Source: a virus (Duplodnaviria > Heunggongvirae > Uroviricota > Caudoviricetes). Taken from it: a stretch of DNA of 33,255 nt. A program made the position numbers and the translations under genes. The stretch lies in IMG/VR virus record IMGVR_UViG_2737471834_000009. One strand, written 5' to 3'. The notes beneath the pieces were generated by a model. That model made no database searches and was not told the origin of the DNA. It worked only from the letters and a program-made list of their open reading frames with translations. This document shows, piece after piece, positions 7,947 to 14,964 of this stretch. How positions within the stretch are numbered: position 1 is the stretch's first letter; each line of letters starts with the position of its first letter.

Positions 7947-9023
7947 ATGGCTAACGCCTGGCTCAGATTATGGCATGACATGCCAAATGACCCTAAGTGG
8001 CGAACAATTGCCAGGGTGTCAGGGCAGCCAATCGCAACGGTGATGGCGGTTTATGTCCACCTTCTGGTGAGCGCGTCACAAAATGTCACGACATGTCACG
8101 GTGTGTCACGACGAGGTCACGTTGATGTCACGGCAGAAGATTTGGCAAGTGCACTCGACGTGACAGAAGAGGTTATTGATTCAATTTTGCAGGCGATGCA
8201 GGGGCGGGTGCTTGATGGTGATTTAATCACTGGATGGGAAAAACGCCAGGTGTCGAAAGAAGACAATGGCAACATTTCACAAACTGCAAAAACCCCGGCA
8301 GAGCGCAAGAGAGCGCAGCGTGAGAGGGAAAAACAGCGGGAACAAAATGGTGATTGTTGCGGAGAAATATCACGCTATGTCACGGCATGTCACGACGAGT
8401 CACGCATATGTCACGATGAGTCACGACATGTCACGACAGATAAAGATAAAGATCTAAAAGAATTAAACCCCACACATAACGCGCGCGTGCGCGAGAGTGC
8501 TCCGACCAGTAATTCGACAGGCGCACCGTCGCAGACAACGGACCCCGAATACCTGGACGGCCTTAGCGAACCCATCGGGAAATTTCCGATGACTGATGGC
8601 TGGCATCCGTCGCTGGATTTTCGACGACGGGCAGCAGTGTGGGGAGTGTCCCTGCCTGAGCCGGAATTTACACCTGCTGAACTTGCCGCATTCAGGGATT
8701 ACTGGATGGCGGAGGGAAAAGTGTTCACGCAGGTTCAGTGGGAACAGAAATTTGCCCGTCACGTAAATCACGTCAGGGCGCAGGCTAAACCAGTCAGCAA
8801 GGGGGTGAACCATGCAGCAGCACCAGGTGGTACTGCATCACGGGCAGTCCGGGAAATTCGGGCAGCACGTGAACAGTGGGAGCGCGAAAACGGATTTATC
8901 CGCGACGGAAACGGCGTGGAAGCTGTGGGAACTCATGGGGGAGGTTTATTCGAACCGATGGACTCAGAAGAACGGGGCCGCACCGTCGAAACTCTGGATT
9001 GCACAGATTGGCGCGATGACTGA
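7947..9023 (+). CDS. replication initiator, lambda O-like (replisome organizer)
   Basis: N-terminal replisome-organizer-like region; two iteron arrays (TGTCACG repeats) inside the coding sequence followed by an AT-rich stretch; followed by a P-like gene. Confidence 0.8.
   Translation: MANAWLRLWHDMPNDPKWRTIARVSGQPIATVMAVYVHLLVSASQNVTTCHGVSRRGHVDVTAEDLASALDVTEEVIDSILQAMQGRVLDGDLITGWEKRQVSKEDNGNISQTAKTPAERKRAQREREKQREQNGDCCGEISRYVTACHDESRICHDESRHVTTDKDKDLKELNPTHNARVRESAPTSNSTGAPSQTTDPEYLDGLSEPIGKFPMTDGWHPSLDFRRRAAVWGVSLPEPEFTPAELAAFRDYWMAEGKVFTQVQWEQKFARHVNHVRAQAKPVSKGVNHAAAPGGTASRAVREIRAAREQWERENGFIRDGNGVEAVGTHGGGLFEPMDSEERGRTVETLDCTDWRDD
8073..8133. repeat. iteron array 1: five TGTCACG-type repeats at 10-11 bp spacing
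   Basis: Repeats at 8084, 8094, 8104, 8116 and 8126; one inverted copy CGTGACA at 8159-8165. Confidence 0.75.
8369..8470. repeat. iteron array 2 (seven (T)GTCACG repeats) plus adjacent AT-rich region: probable replication origin
   Basis: Repeats at 8369, 8378, 8388, 8399, 8409, 8420 and 8429 with about 10-bp period, followed by AGATAAAGATAAAGATCTAAAAGAATTAAA. Confidence 0.75.
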
Positions 9024-9477
9024 GCAGCAAATCCGGCAGGTCTGCGGACAGTGCATGGACCGTTGCCGGGCGGGTGAAACATGGCCCCCTGACCTGGCTG
9101 AATTTGTGGCGCTGGTTTCGGAAAGCGGAGCCAATCCGTTTGGTCTGACGGTGGATGCCGTGATGGAGGAGTACCGCCGCTGGAGAAATGAATCCTGGCG
9201 ATACGACGGGAGTGATAAATACCCGTGGCCACAGCCTGTGCTGTACCACATTTGCCTTGAGATGCGCACCAGAGGGATTGAACGTCAGATGACCGAAGGG
9301 GAGTTAAAACGACTTGCAGAACGGCAACTGACGAAATGGGCGAAGCATGTTGGTAACGGGATGAGTGTTCCGCCAGTGCGACGACAACTGGAAGGGGCGA
9401 AACACCCGCAAGGGCCAACGCCAATTGAACAACTGAAACAGGAATACGAACGCCGGAAGGCAGCTGGTTTTATTTGA
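8935..9477 (+). CDS. replication protein, lambda P-like (DnaB helicase loader)
   Basis: Collinear similarity to lambda P (WPPDLAEFVALV / YPWPQPVLYHICLEM / MTEGELKRLAERQL versus FLPSPGQFVAWC / YPWKSNAHYWLVTNL / LTDAELRRKAADEL); start uncertain: 8812, 8935 and 9016 are all in frame. Confidence 0.65.
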   Translation: MGEVYSNRWTQKNGAAPSKLWIAQIGAMTEQQIRQVCGQCMDRCRAGETWPPDLAEFVALVSESGANPFGLTVDAVMEEYRRWRNESWRYDGSDKYPWPQPVLYHICLEMRTRGIERQMTEGELKRLAERQLTKWAKHVGNGMSVPPVRRQLEGAKHPQGPTPIEQLKQEYERRKAAGFI

Positions 9478-9510
9478 ATCTGAGAAACGATTTTGTCGGA
9501 GGAAATTTTA

Positions 9511-10236
9511 ATGGAAACCGTATTTGACGCACTGAAAGCACTGAAAAGAGCCTCTTCACAGGTAGTGGCAGCCCGCCTTGGAATCAGCCGTGAAGATGCG
9601 GTCAACGAACTGTGGAAACTGAAGCGTCGTGGGGAAGCTGATAACAAGGGCCCGATGTGGTGGTTGACTCAAACCGACGAAAACGCATCTGTAGCACAGG
9701 CTTCTAAAGTGACAGCGCAAATGCTGATCGAGGCGATTGAACAGCATGGCCCTAAAGCGGCTGATGAACTTGCACTGATATTCAGAATTACTTCCCGCAG
9801 GGTGAACTCATCGCTGGCTATGGCAATCAGCAAAGGGCGTCTGATTCGCGTGAATCAGAACGGTAAATTTCGTTACTGTATGCCGGGCGATAATTTACCG
9901 GCAGAGCCGGAAGCTGCATCCGTAGCGGAAACGGATGGTAAAGCCTTTCCTCAGCCAGCAGGTGTTGCGTTACCAGTCCGGGAAGCGGAAACACAGGAAG
10001 AAATAAAAACGGAAAGTGTGGCGGTCACAGTGCAGTCACAGCCGTCGTTCACCAGAAAACATCCGGATGGTCTGATTTTACCATCGCTGCATGTGGCTAA
10101 CCGCGAGCTGCGCCGGGCAAAAGGTCAGGTTCAGAAGTGGGAGCGTGTCTGCGCCGCGCTGCGGGAGCTGAACAAGCACCGGGATATTGTTCGACATATT
10201 ACGGATTCTTCCCGCCGTGTTGCATCGGAAAAGTGA
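9511..10236 (+). CDS. hypothetical protein with two N-terminal winged-helix-like segments (possibly DUF1627-like)
   Basis: 242-aa ORF, RBS GGAGG 8 nt before the ATG; family assignment tentative and from memory. Confidence 0.6.
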   Translation: METVFDALKALKRASSQVVAARLGISREDAVNELWKLKRRGEADNKGPMWWLTQTDENASVAQASKVTAQMLIEAIEQHGPKAADELALIFRITSRRVNSSLAMAISKGRLIRVNQNGKFRYCMPGDNLPAEPEAASVAETDGKAFPQPAGVALPVREAETQEEIKTESVAVTVQSQPSFTRKHPDGLILPSLHVANRELRRAKGQVQKWERVCAALRELNKHRDIVRHITDSSRRVASEK

Positions 10237-10251
10237 TTGCCGGAGGCGCTT

Positions 10252-10674
10252 ATGGCAAAAGTATTTACACAAGAAGAGCGGGAAAAAATTAAAGGGCAGG
10301 TGGTTGAACTCGTGCGCCAGAGCGGTCGTGAGACGTTACGGCAACTGGAAGCCAAGACAGGTGCGACAAGATATCTGATGAGCGTTCTCGCCAGAGAGCT
10401 GGTTGCCAGTGGCGATGTATATAACTCCGGCTACGGGTTATTCCCGTCAGAACAGGCTCGTAAGGACTGGCAAAATGCCCGCAAAAAACTATCCAGGGCA
10501 AAGGTGAAGAAACCATCTGTGGTTGATCCTGACCTTATCTGGTCATTACCTGACGGAGAAATACGTCGCTACGACAGGAGTATGAACATAATCTGTCACG
10601 AGTGCCGGAAGAGTGAGGTTATGCAGCGTGTACTGGCTTTCTATCAGGGTAATTTTCAGGAGGCGGTACTGTGA
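10252..10674 (+). CDS. hypothetical protein
   Basis: 140-aa ORF starting MAKVFTQEEREKIKGQ with RBS GGAGG; contains CHECRKSE cysteine/histidine motif. Confidence 0.55.
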   Translation: MAKVFTQEEREKIKGQVVELVRQSGRETLRQLEAKTGATRYLMSVLARELVASGDVYNSGYGLFPSEQARKDWQNARKKLSRAKVKKPSVVDPDLIWSLPDGEIRRYDRSMNIICHECRKSEVMQRVLAFYQGNFQEAVL

Positions 10675-10708
10675 GTGAAATTAGCTATCAGGCTTCAATT
10701 ACCGCTGG

Positions 10709-10727
10709 CATTCGCATCAAAGGAGAG
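10709..10727 (+). repeat. junction element copy 1 (CATTCGCATCAAAGGAGAG), carries the RBS
   Basis: Identical 19-mer recurs at 11639-11657 and 12133-12151, each 5-9 nt upstream of a start codon. Confidence 0.8.
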
Positions 10728-10731
10728 GTGC

Positions 10732-11088
10732 ATGGAAATAAAACCAGAAGATGAGTTAAGCAATATCGTTTTATTTCCGGTAAAAGAGGATGACCCTCGT
10801 AATCAGGTTAATTTTCTTTATGAGCCATCGGAAAGACCATATTGCCATCACGCTTCTGTCCGGGTTGACGAAAAAGAGCGTCAGGTCCGCTGTAAAATCT
10901 GCGGTGCAGTTGTGGAGCCATTTGACTGGATGCTCTCTGTGGCGAAAAGAGAAACCAGACTGGCAGATGATGTAAGGCTATTGCGCCAGGAGGAACAGGA
11001 AAGACGGAAAAATATAGAAAAGTTAATTCAGATTGAGCGTAACGCGAAAGCGCGGATACGCAGGGTGACAAAATCCAGAACTGAATAA
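10732..11088 (+). CDS. hypothetical protein (CHH...CxxC motif, basic C-terminus)
   Basis: 118-aa ORF MEIKPEDELSNIVLFPV... preceded by the junction element AAAGGAGAGG. Confidence 0.55.
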   Translation: MEIKPEDELSNIVLFPVKEDDPRNQVNFLYEPSERPYCHHASVRVDEKERQVRCKICGAVVEPFDWMLSVAKRETRLADDVRLLRQEEQERRKNIEKLIQIERNAKARIRRVTKSRTE

Positions 11089-11183
11089 TTAAATTTAGCA
11101 CTGTTAAAAATTCGATCCTTAACCGGAGGGATTTCTGCACCCTCAGAACATCAGGAGGCCGCCCGAAAGGGCGGTAACAAATA

Positions 11184-11660
11184 ATGCAAGAAATCAAAGA
11201 AAATATCAGGCAACAGCTTTACGGGTTTTATATTGCTTATGATTTGTGGCTGAAGAACGGGGCAAAACCCGGCGGAGTGTTTTCTCAAAATTATGGTTTA
11301 TGCGCCAATCTTTTCGATTATCTCACATTAATTGGTACCCCCTGTGAGGCAGCGCTGGAGCAATTACACGCTGATTTCAGAAGTGCCGGGCTGAATGAGG
11401 CGTTGCCGTTTAACGAGGGTAAAGAGCATTACCATGAAGAAAGAGGGCACAACATGTGCCATATGAATCCGGCACGAGTGGCGTGGGTCAGGGCGCAGAC
11501 AGGGCAGCCAGCGCCGGAAGGACTGGTTAAAGCGGTGCGCTTCTATGAACAGGTTAAGCGTGAAAATCCGCCAGTCGAAACCGGAGCATGGAAAGACGCT
11601 GTTGACTGGGTTCTCGAAGAGGCTTGTCAGGCTGTAAACATTCGCATCAAAGGAGAGTGA
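11184..11660 (+). CDS. hypothetical protein ending IRIKGE
   Basis: 158-aa ORF; the last six codons are encoded by junction element copy 2; SD is separated from the ATG by a GAAA-tetraloop hairpin. Confidence 0.6.
   Translation: MQEIKENIRQQLYGFYIAYDLWLKNGAKPGGVFSQNYGLCANLFDYLTLIGTPCEAALEQLHADFRSAGLNEALPFNEGKEHYHEERGHNMCHMNPARVAWVRAQTGQPAPEGLVKAVRFYEQVKRENPPVETGAWKDAVDWVLEEACQAVNIRIKGE
11639..11657 (+). repeat. junction element copy 2 (CATTCGCATCAAAGGAGAG)
   Basis: Encodes the C-terminal IRIKGE of the upstream gene and the RBS of the downstream gene. Confidence 0.8.
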
Positions 11661-11662
11661 GA

Positions 11663-12154
11663 ATGCAAATTTCACCGGTTACTCTTCGTGTTGCGAAGGC
11701 GTTTATATCCAGACATCACCGACACAATAAACCACCTGTTGGGCATAAATTCAGCATTGGTCTGATAAATGATGCCGGAGAATTGATAGGTGTGGCGACA
11801 GCTGGTCGACCTGTTGCACGACATTTGGACGATGGATTAACGCTTGAAGTAAATCGCACATGTACCACAGGAGAACGCAACGCTAACAGCGCGCTTTATG
11901 GTGCTGTCTGGCGAGCAGCAAAAGCTATGGGTTATCAACGTTGTATTACGTACACCCAGGCAGATGAATCAGGAGCATCTCTTCGCGCAGCTGGTTTTGT
12001 TCGTGTGAAAGAGCTTCCTCCAAGAAAAAGCTGGGCGGAATCAAGCGTCGCCTTGCGGAGTAAACGCGATCCGGTCGGAAACGGTGGTGTTCCTCGTGTG
12101 CTCTGGGAAATCAGGAGAATGAGTACCACTGGCATTCGCATCAAAGGAGAGTGA
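11663..12154 (+). CDS. hypothetical protein ending IRIKGE (possible small alpha/beta enzyme-like fold, unassigned)
   Basis: 163-aa ORF MQISPVTLRVAKAFISRHHRHNKPP...; translationally coupled to both neighbours; terminal codons encoded by junction element copy 3. Confidence 0.6.
   Translation: MQISPVTLRVAKAFISRHHRHNKPPVGHKFSIGLINDAGELIGVATAGRPVARHLDDGLTLEVNRTCTTGERNANSALYGAVWRAAKAMGYQRCITYTQADESGASLRAAGFVRVKELPPRKSWAESSVALRSKRDPVGNGGVPRVLWEIRRMSTTGIRIKGE
12133..12151 (+). repeat. junction element copy 3 (CATTCGCATCAAAGGAGAG)
   Basis: Same 19-mer; followed by TGA then ATATG start of the next gene. Confidence 0.8.
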
Positions 12155-12155
12155 T

Positions 12156-12419
12156 ATGGCAACTTTGACAAAAAAGGAACAGGCATGGTTGAGCGAATTA
12201 CAGAACGTTCTTGATCGCTGCCCGTCACCGAAAAAAATTGGTTTTTACACCATTGGCGATAAAAACATTTACCTGTATGACCTACGCCGCATGGATGAAA
12301 TCATGGAGGCTCTTGATAATCGTTCGTCAATGGATTGGTGTGTTGCTGTCCATGATATGAATGCCGGATTTGAAGAAAAGATTTTGTTCCCCTCGTCAGT
12401 TGAAAGCACAGCGGGTTAA
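12156..12419 (+). CDS. hypothetical protein
   Basis: 87-aa ORF immediately after junction element copy 3. Confidence 0.55.
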   Translation: MATLTKKEQAWLSELQNVLDRCPSPKKIGFYTIGDKNIYLYDLRRMDEIMEALDNRSSMDWCVAVHDMNAGFEEKILFPSSVESTAG

Positions 12420-12429
12420 GGAGTAACAC

Positions 12430-13242
12430 ATGACCACTATTACCAAAGAGCGACTGCAATGGCTGGCTAACATTTCTGGCCGTGATGACATTGACGATAT
12501 AGACGGCGGTGAGATTCGTGAACAGGCACGAATTGCTCTGGCAGCGCTGGAAGTCGAGCCGATAGGTTTCCGTTGCAGGCGCAATGATAACCTTGGTGAT
12601 TGGAGTTACGTATATCATCGAGAGCCAGATGATTTTGAGCGCAAACATTTAGTGATAGAGGGCATTTACGCCGCCCCTCCAGCGCCAGTAGTACCGGAAG
12701 AAAAACCAATGCCTAATCCTCTTAGCATGTACGCGGTTGATGCTGTTGCCGCTATTGCAGAGGTGAGAGGCTGGAACGCCTGCCGCGCCGCCATGCTTCA
12801 GTCCGGAAACTTTCGGGAAAACAAGAATTCGTCAACCAATAATTTTCGGGAAATCGCGGAAACGTCAACCAACTCTCCGGTAATTCCTGATGAGGTGTTG
12901 TCCGCAATCCGGGAGGTTGCCAGGATTCGCGCCGATTTCGATGATTTTGACGGTGACAGGCGAGGTATCGGTGATTGTCTGGATGAGGCCGAGCAAGAGC
13001 TTATCGTTACCATTAACAAATATGCCAGTCAGTTGGCAGTAGAGCCGGTAGTACCTGATGACGTTCTGGAACAGACAGTAGCGTCGCCCGCGCCAGGTAA
13101 CCAGGTTAGCGAATTAACAATGTGGGTTAAGCGTCTGGCTCACTCCTTAAAGTACGCCAATAGCTTAAGCAGCTTGCCTGATAAGGCGATGGAGTATCTG
13201 AATCAGAATGGGCTGATAAGTGTGGAGGATGTTTTACGATGA
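12430..13242 (+). CDS. hypothetical acidic protein (possibly Ea22-like; unassigned)
   Basis: 270-aa ORF, acidic with D/E-rich segments, RBS AAGGAG before the ATG. Confidence 0.6.
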   Translation: MTTITKERLQWLANISGRDDIDDIDGGEIREQARIALAALEVEPIGFRCRRNDNLGDWSYVYHREPDDFERKHLVIEGIYAAPPAPVVPEEKPMPNPLSMYAVDAVAAIAEVRGWNACRAAMLQSGNFRENKNSSTNNFREIAETSTNSPVIPDEVLSAIREVARIRADFDDFDGDRRGIGDCLDEAEQELIVTINKYASQLAVEPVVPDDVLEQTVASPAPGNQVSELTMWVKRLAHSLKYANSLSSLPDKAMEYLNQNGLISVEDVLR

Positions 13243-13322
13243 TCTGGCCTGAGGCATTCACAACGGCAGGAATCGCGATGGCGGTGGCGCTGGTGGTGTA
13301 TTCGATTTGCCGTTGGGGTTAA
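13239..13322 (+). CDS. possible 27-aa hydrophobic peptide, translationally coupled to the upstream gene
   Basis: ATGA overlap with the upstream stop; product MIWPEAFTTAGIAMAVALVVYSICRWG; strong terminator immediately downstream. Confidence 0.3.
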   Translation: MIWPEAFTTAGIAMAVALVVYSICRWG

Positions 13323-13330
13323 CAAACAAA

Positions 13331-13358
13331 AACCCCGGATTGATGGTCCGGGGTTTTT
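13331..13358 (+). terminator. intrinsic terminator (CCCCGGA-loop-TCCGGGG followed by T5)
   Basis: Perfect 7-bp stem with a T-run; A-run upstream, so it may act in both directions. Confidence 0.7.
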
Positions 13359-13639
13359 GAAGGAAACAAAACAGAAACAACAATTGCCGTTACCTGTTGT
13401 TACCATGGCAAGTAAACGTATCTCAGGCGAGCGCATTGCGCCGTTCTGACGCAGATAAATTAGCCTGGATAGAAGGTGCTGGCAATAAAAAATAGCGTTT
13501 TCTTATCGGTGTCGGTAAGATTGCTGCGGGTGCTTGAGGCTGTCTGCCTCAGGCATGCCACTGTAAGGCAGACAGAGAAAAGCCCCAGTTAACATTATGC
13601 GTCCGGCAAGACGCTTAACATTAATCTGAGGCTCAATCT

Positions 13640-13852
13640 ATGAACGGCAAATCTAGGTTAGCCTCTTACGCGCCGAAAGGCAAGGAGAAGCAGGCTATGA
13701 AGCAGCAAAAGGCGATGTTAGTCGCCCTGATCGTCATCTGTATTACCGTCATTGTGACGGCACTGGTAACGAGGAAAGACCTCTGCGAGGTACGAATCCG
13801 AACCGGCCAGACGGAGGTCACTGTCTTCACAGCTTACGAACCTGAGGAGTAA
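13640..13852 (+). CDS. Mok-like reading frame (in-frame N-terminal extension of Hok)
   Basis: 70-aa ORF containing the hok frame, as in chromosomal mok/hok loci. Confidence 0.55.
   Translation: MNGKSRLASYAPKGKEKQAMKQQKAMLVALIVICITVIVTALVTRKDLCEVRIRTGQTEVTVFTAYEPEE
13697..13852 (+). CDS. hok: Hok/Gef family type I toxin
   Basis: 51-aa product MKQQKAMLVALIVICITVIVTALVTRKDLCEVRIRTGQTEVTVFTAYEPEE is near-identical to remembered HokD/RelF; mRNA leader has the tac-like hairpin GCTTGAGGCTGTCTGCCTCAGG. Confidence 0.85.
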   Translation: MKQQKAMLVALIVICITVIVTALVTRKDLCEVRIRTGQTEVTVFTAYEPEE

Positions 13853-13995
13853 GAGACCAGGCGGGGGAGAAATCCCTCGCCACCTCTGATGTGTCAGGCA
13901 TCCTCAACGCACCCGCACTTAACCCGCTTCGGCGTTTTTTCCGTTGATTAACTCTAGTTATTAGAGAACCGAACTTTTATTGATGGGGCAGGGAG

Positions 13996-14388
13996 ATGAA
14001 GAAACTTGTTTTAGTCGCAGGTGTAATGATTGCAACAGTAATGTTGGGAGGGTGTGCAGCAAAGGTCGATCCAGCGTTGAAAGCAGAAGCAATGAAGCCA
14101 CTAACATGTAATGATGAAAAGCAATGTGACTTTTATTGGAAACGAGCGCAATTCTGGTTGGCTAATAATTCCTCATGGAAAATTCAAACGGCGACAGACA
14201 CGCTAATTTCCACTTATAATCCCTCTCCAAATAGTCCATTCCTCGCTTATCAAGTGAGTAAAATGCCAAATGAAGATGGATCCTCAAGAATTTTCATCAA
14301 GCCTTTTTGCGATAATATGTTTGGCTGTCAACCAAACCCCTATCAGGCAGTTGTTTCCTTTAAAAACTTCGTTAAAACAGGGCAGTAG
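13996..14388 (+). CDS. putative lipoprotein (moron)
   Basis: Signal peptide with lipobox MLGGC, four further cysteines; followed by an intrinsic terminator. Confidence 0.7.
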   Translation: MKKLVLVAGVMIATVMLGGCAAKVDPALKAEAMKPLTCNDEKQCDFYWKRAQFWLANNSSWKIQTATDTLISTYNPSPNSPFLAYQVSKMPNEDGSSRIFIKPFCDNMFGCQPNPYQAVVSFKNFVKTGQ

Positions 14389-14586
14389 TGTATAGCTTGG
14401 ACGATAAATTATTAGTGAAAACGCCGTAAACCCTCACCCAATGTGGACTAAGCCTATCAAACATGACTGTGATGATTAGTCCGTAGTTGTTGCCTATGAA
14501 ATCTGGATTGAGTCAGGGTTTAATCCAATAATTATTCTATCGTTCCTTTACAAGTCCGGTATATTACTTTCAGTTTGTTTTAGCAT

Positions 14587-14612
14587 ACCCGCTTCGGCGG
14601 GTTTTGTTTTTT
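14587..14612 (+). terminator. intrinsic terminator (ACCCGC-TTCG-GCGGGT plus T-run)
   Basis: Perfect 6-bp stem, TTCG loop, TTTTGTTTTTT. Confidence 0.7.
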
Positions 14613-14684
14613 CCTGGCATTCTGGTTTACAATTCGCACGCCAGCCTGAACAACTGGCACCTGCTGCGCCAGCAGAGACAACCG

Positions 14685-14963
14685 ATGGCGCACGATACCA
14701 AATTACACAATTCTGATGATTCTGCCGTCTTTGCCAGCAGGTGCGGACGGCGTTTTCATGCATTCAAATCGGACTGGTTCCAGCATCCACCATGCACTGA
14801 AGAGCAGGCTGAATGGATAATTCAGTGTTACCGCAGGCGCGGATACGAGGTTAAAAAAGCCCTTAGCCTCGACTACCGTCACTGGATAATCTCAGTCAGA
14901 TTGCCTTACTCCGAACGCCCACCGCGTCCGTCCCGCACATTCCAGCAACGCATCTGGAGGTAA
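14685..14963 (+). CDS. hypothetical protein
   Basis: 92-aa ORF from the first ATG downstream of the terminator; stop is 1 nt before the next gene. Confidence 0.45.
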   Translation: MAHDTKLHNSDDSAVFASRCGRRFHAFKSDWFQHPPCTEEQAEWIIQCYRRRGYEVKKALSLDYRHWIISVRLPYSERPPRPSRTFQQRIWR

Positions 14964-14964
14964 C

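Noticed and set aside
8073-8436. Short direct repeats that could be mistaken for a CRISPR array
   Set aside because: Repeat unit is only about 7 bp at a 10-11 bp period with no unique spacers, and lies inside a replication initiator gene; this is an iteron origin.
13243-13640. relBE toxin-antitoxin genes next to hok, as in the K-12 Qin prophage
   Set aside because: No RelE- or RelB-like ORF is present; the interval holds only a mini-ORF, a terminator and the hok leader.
14604-14684. Upstream alternative start (14604) for the 14685-14963 ORF
   Set aside because: That start would lie inside the terminator hairpin at 14587-14612; the first ATG at 14685 is more plausible.
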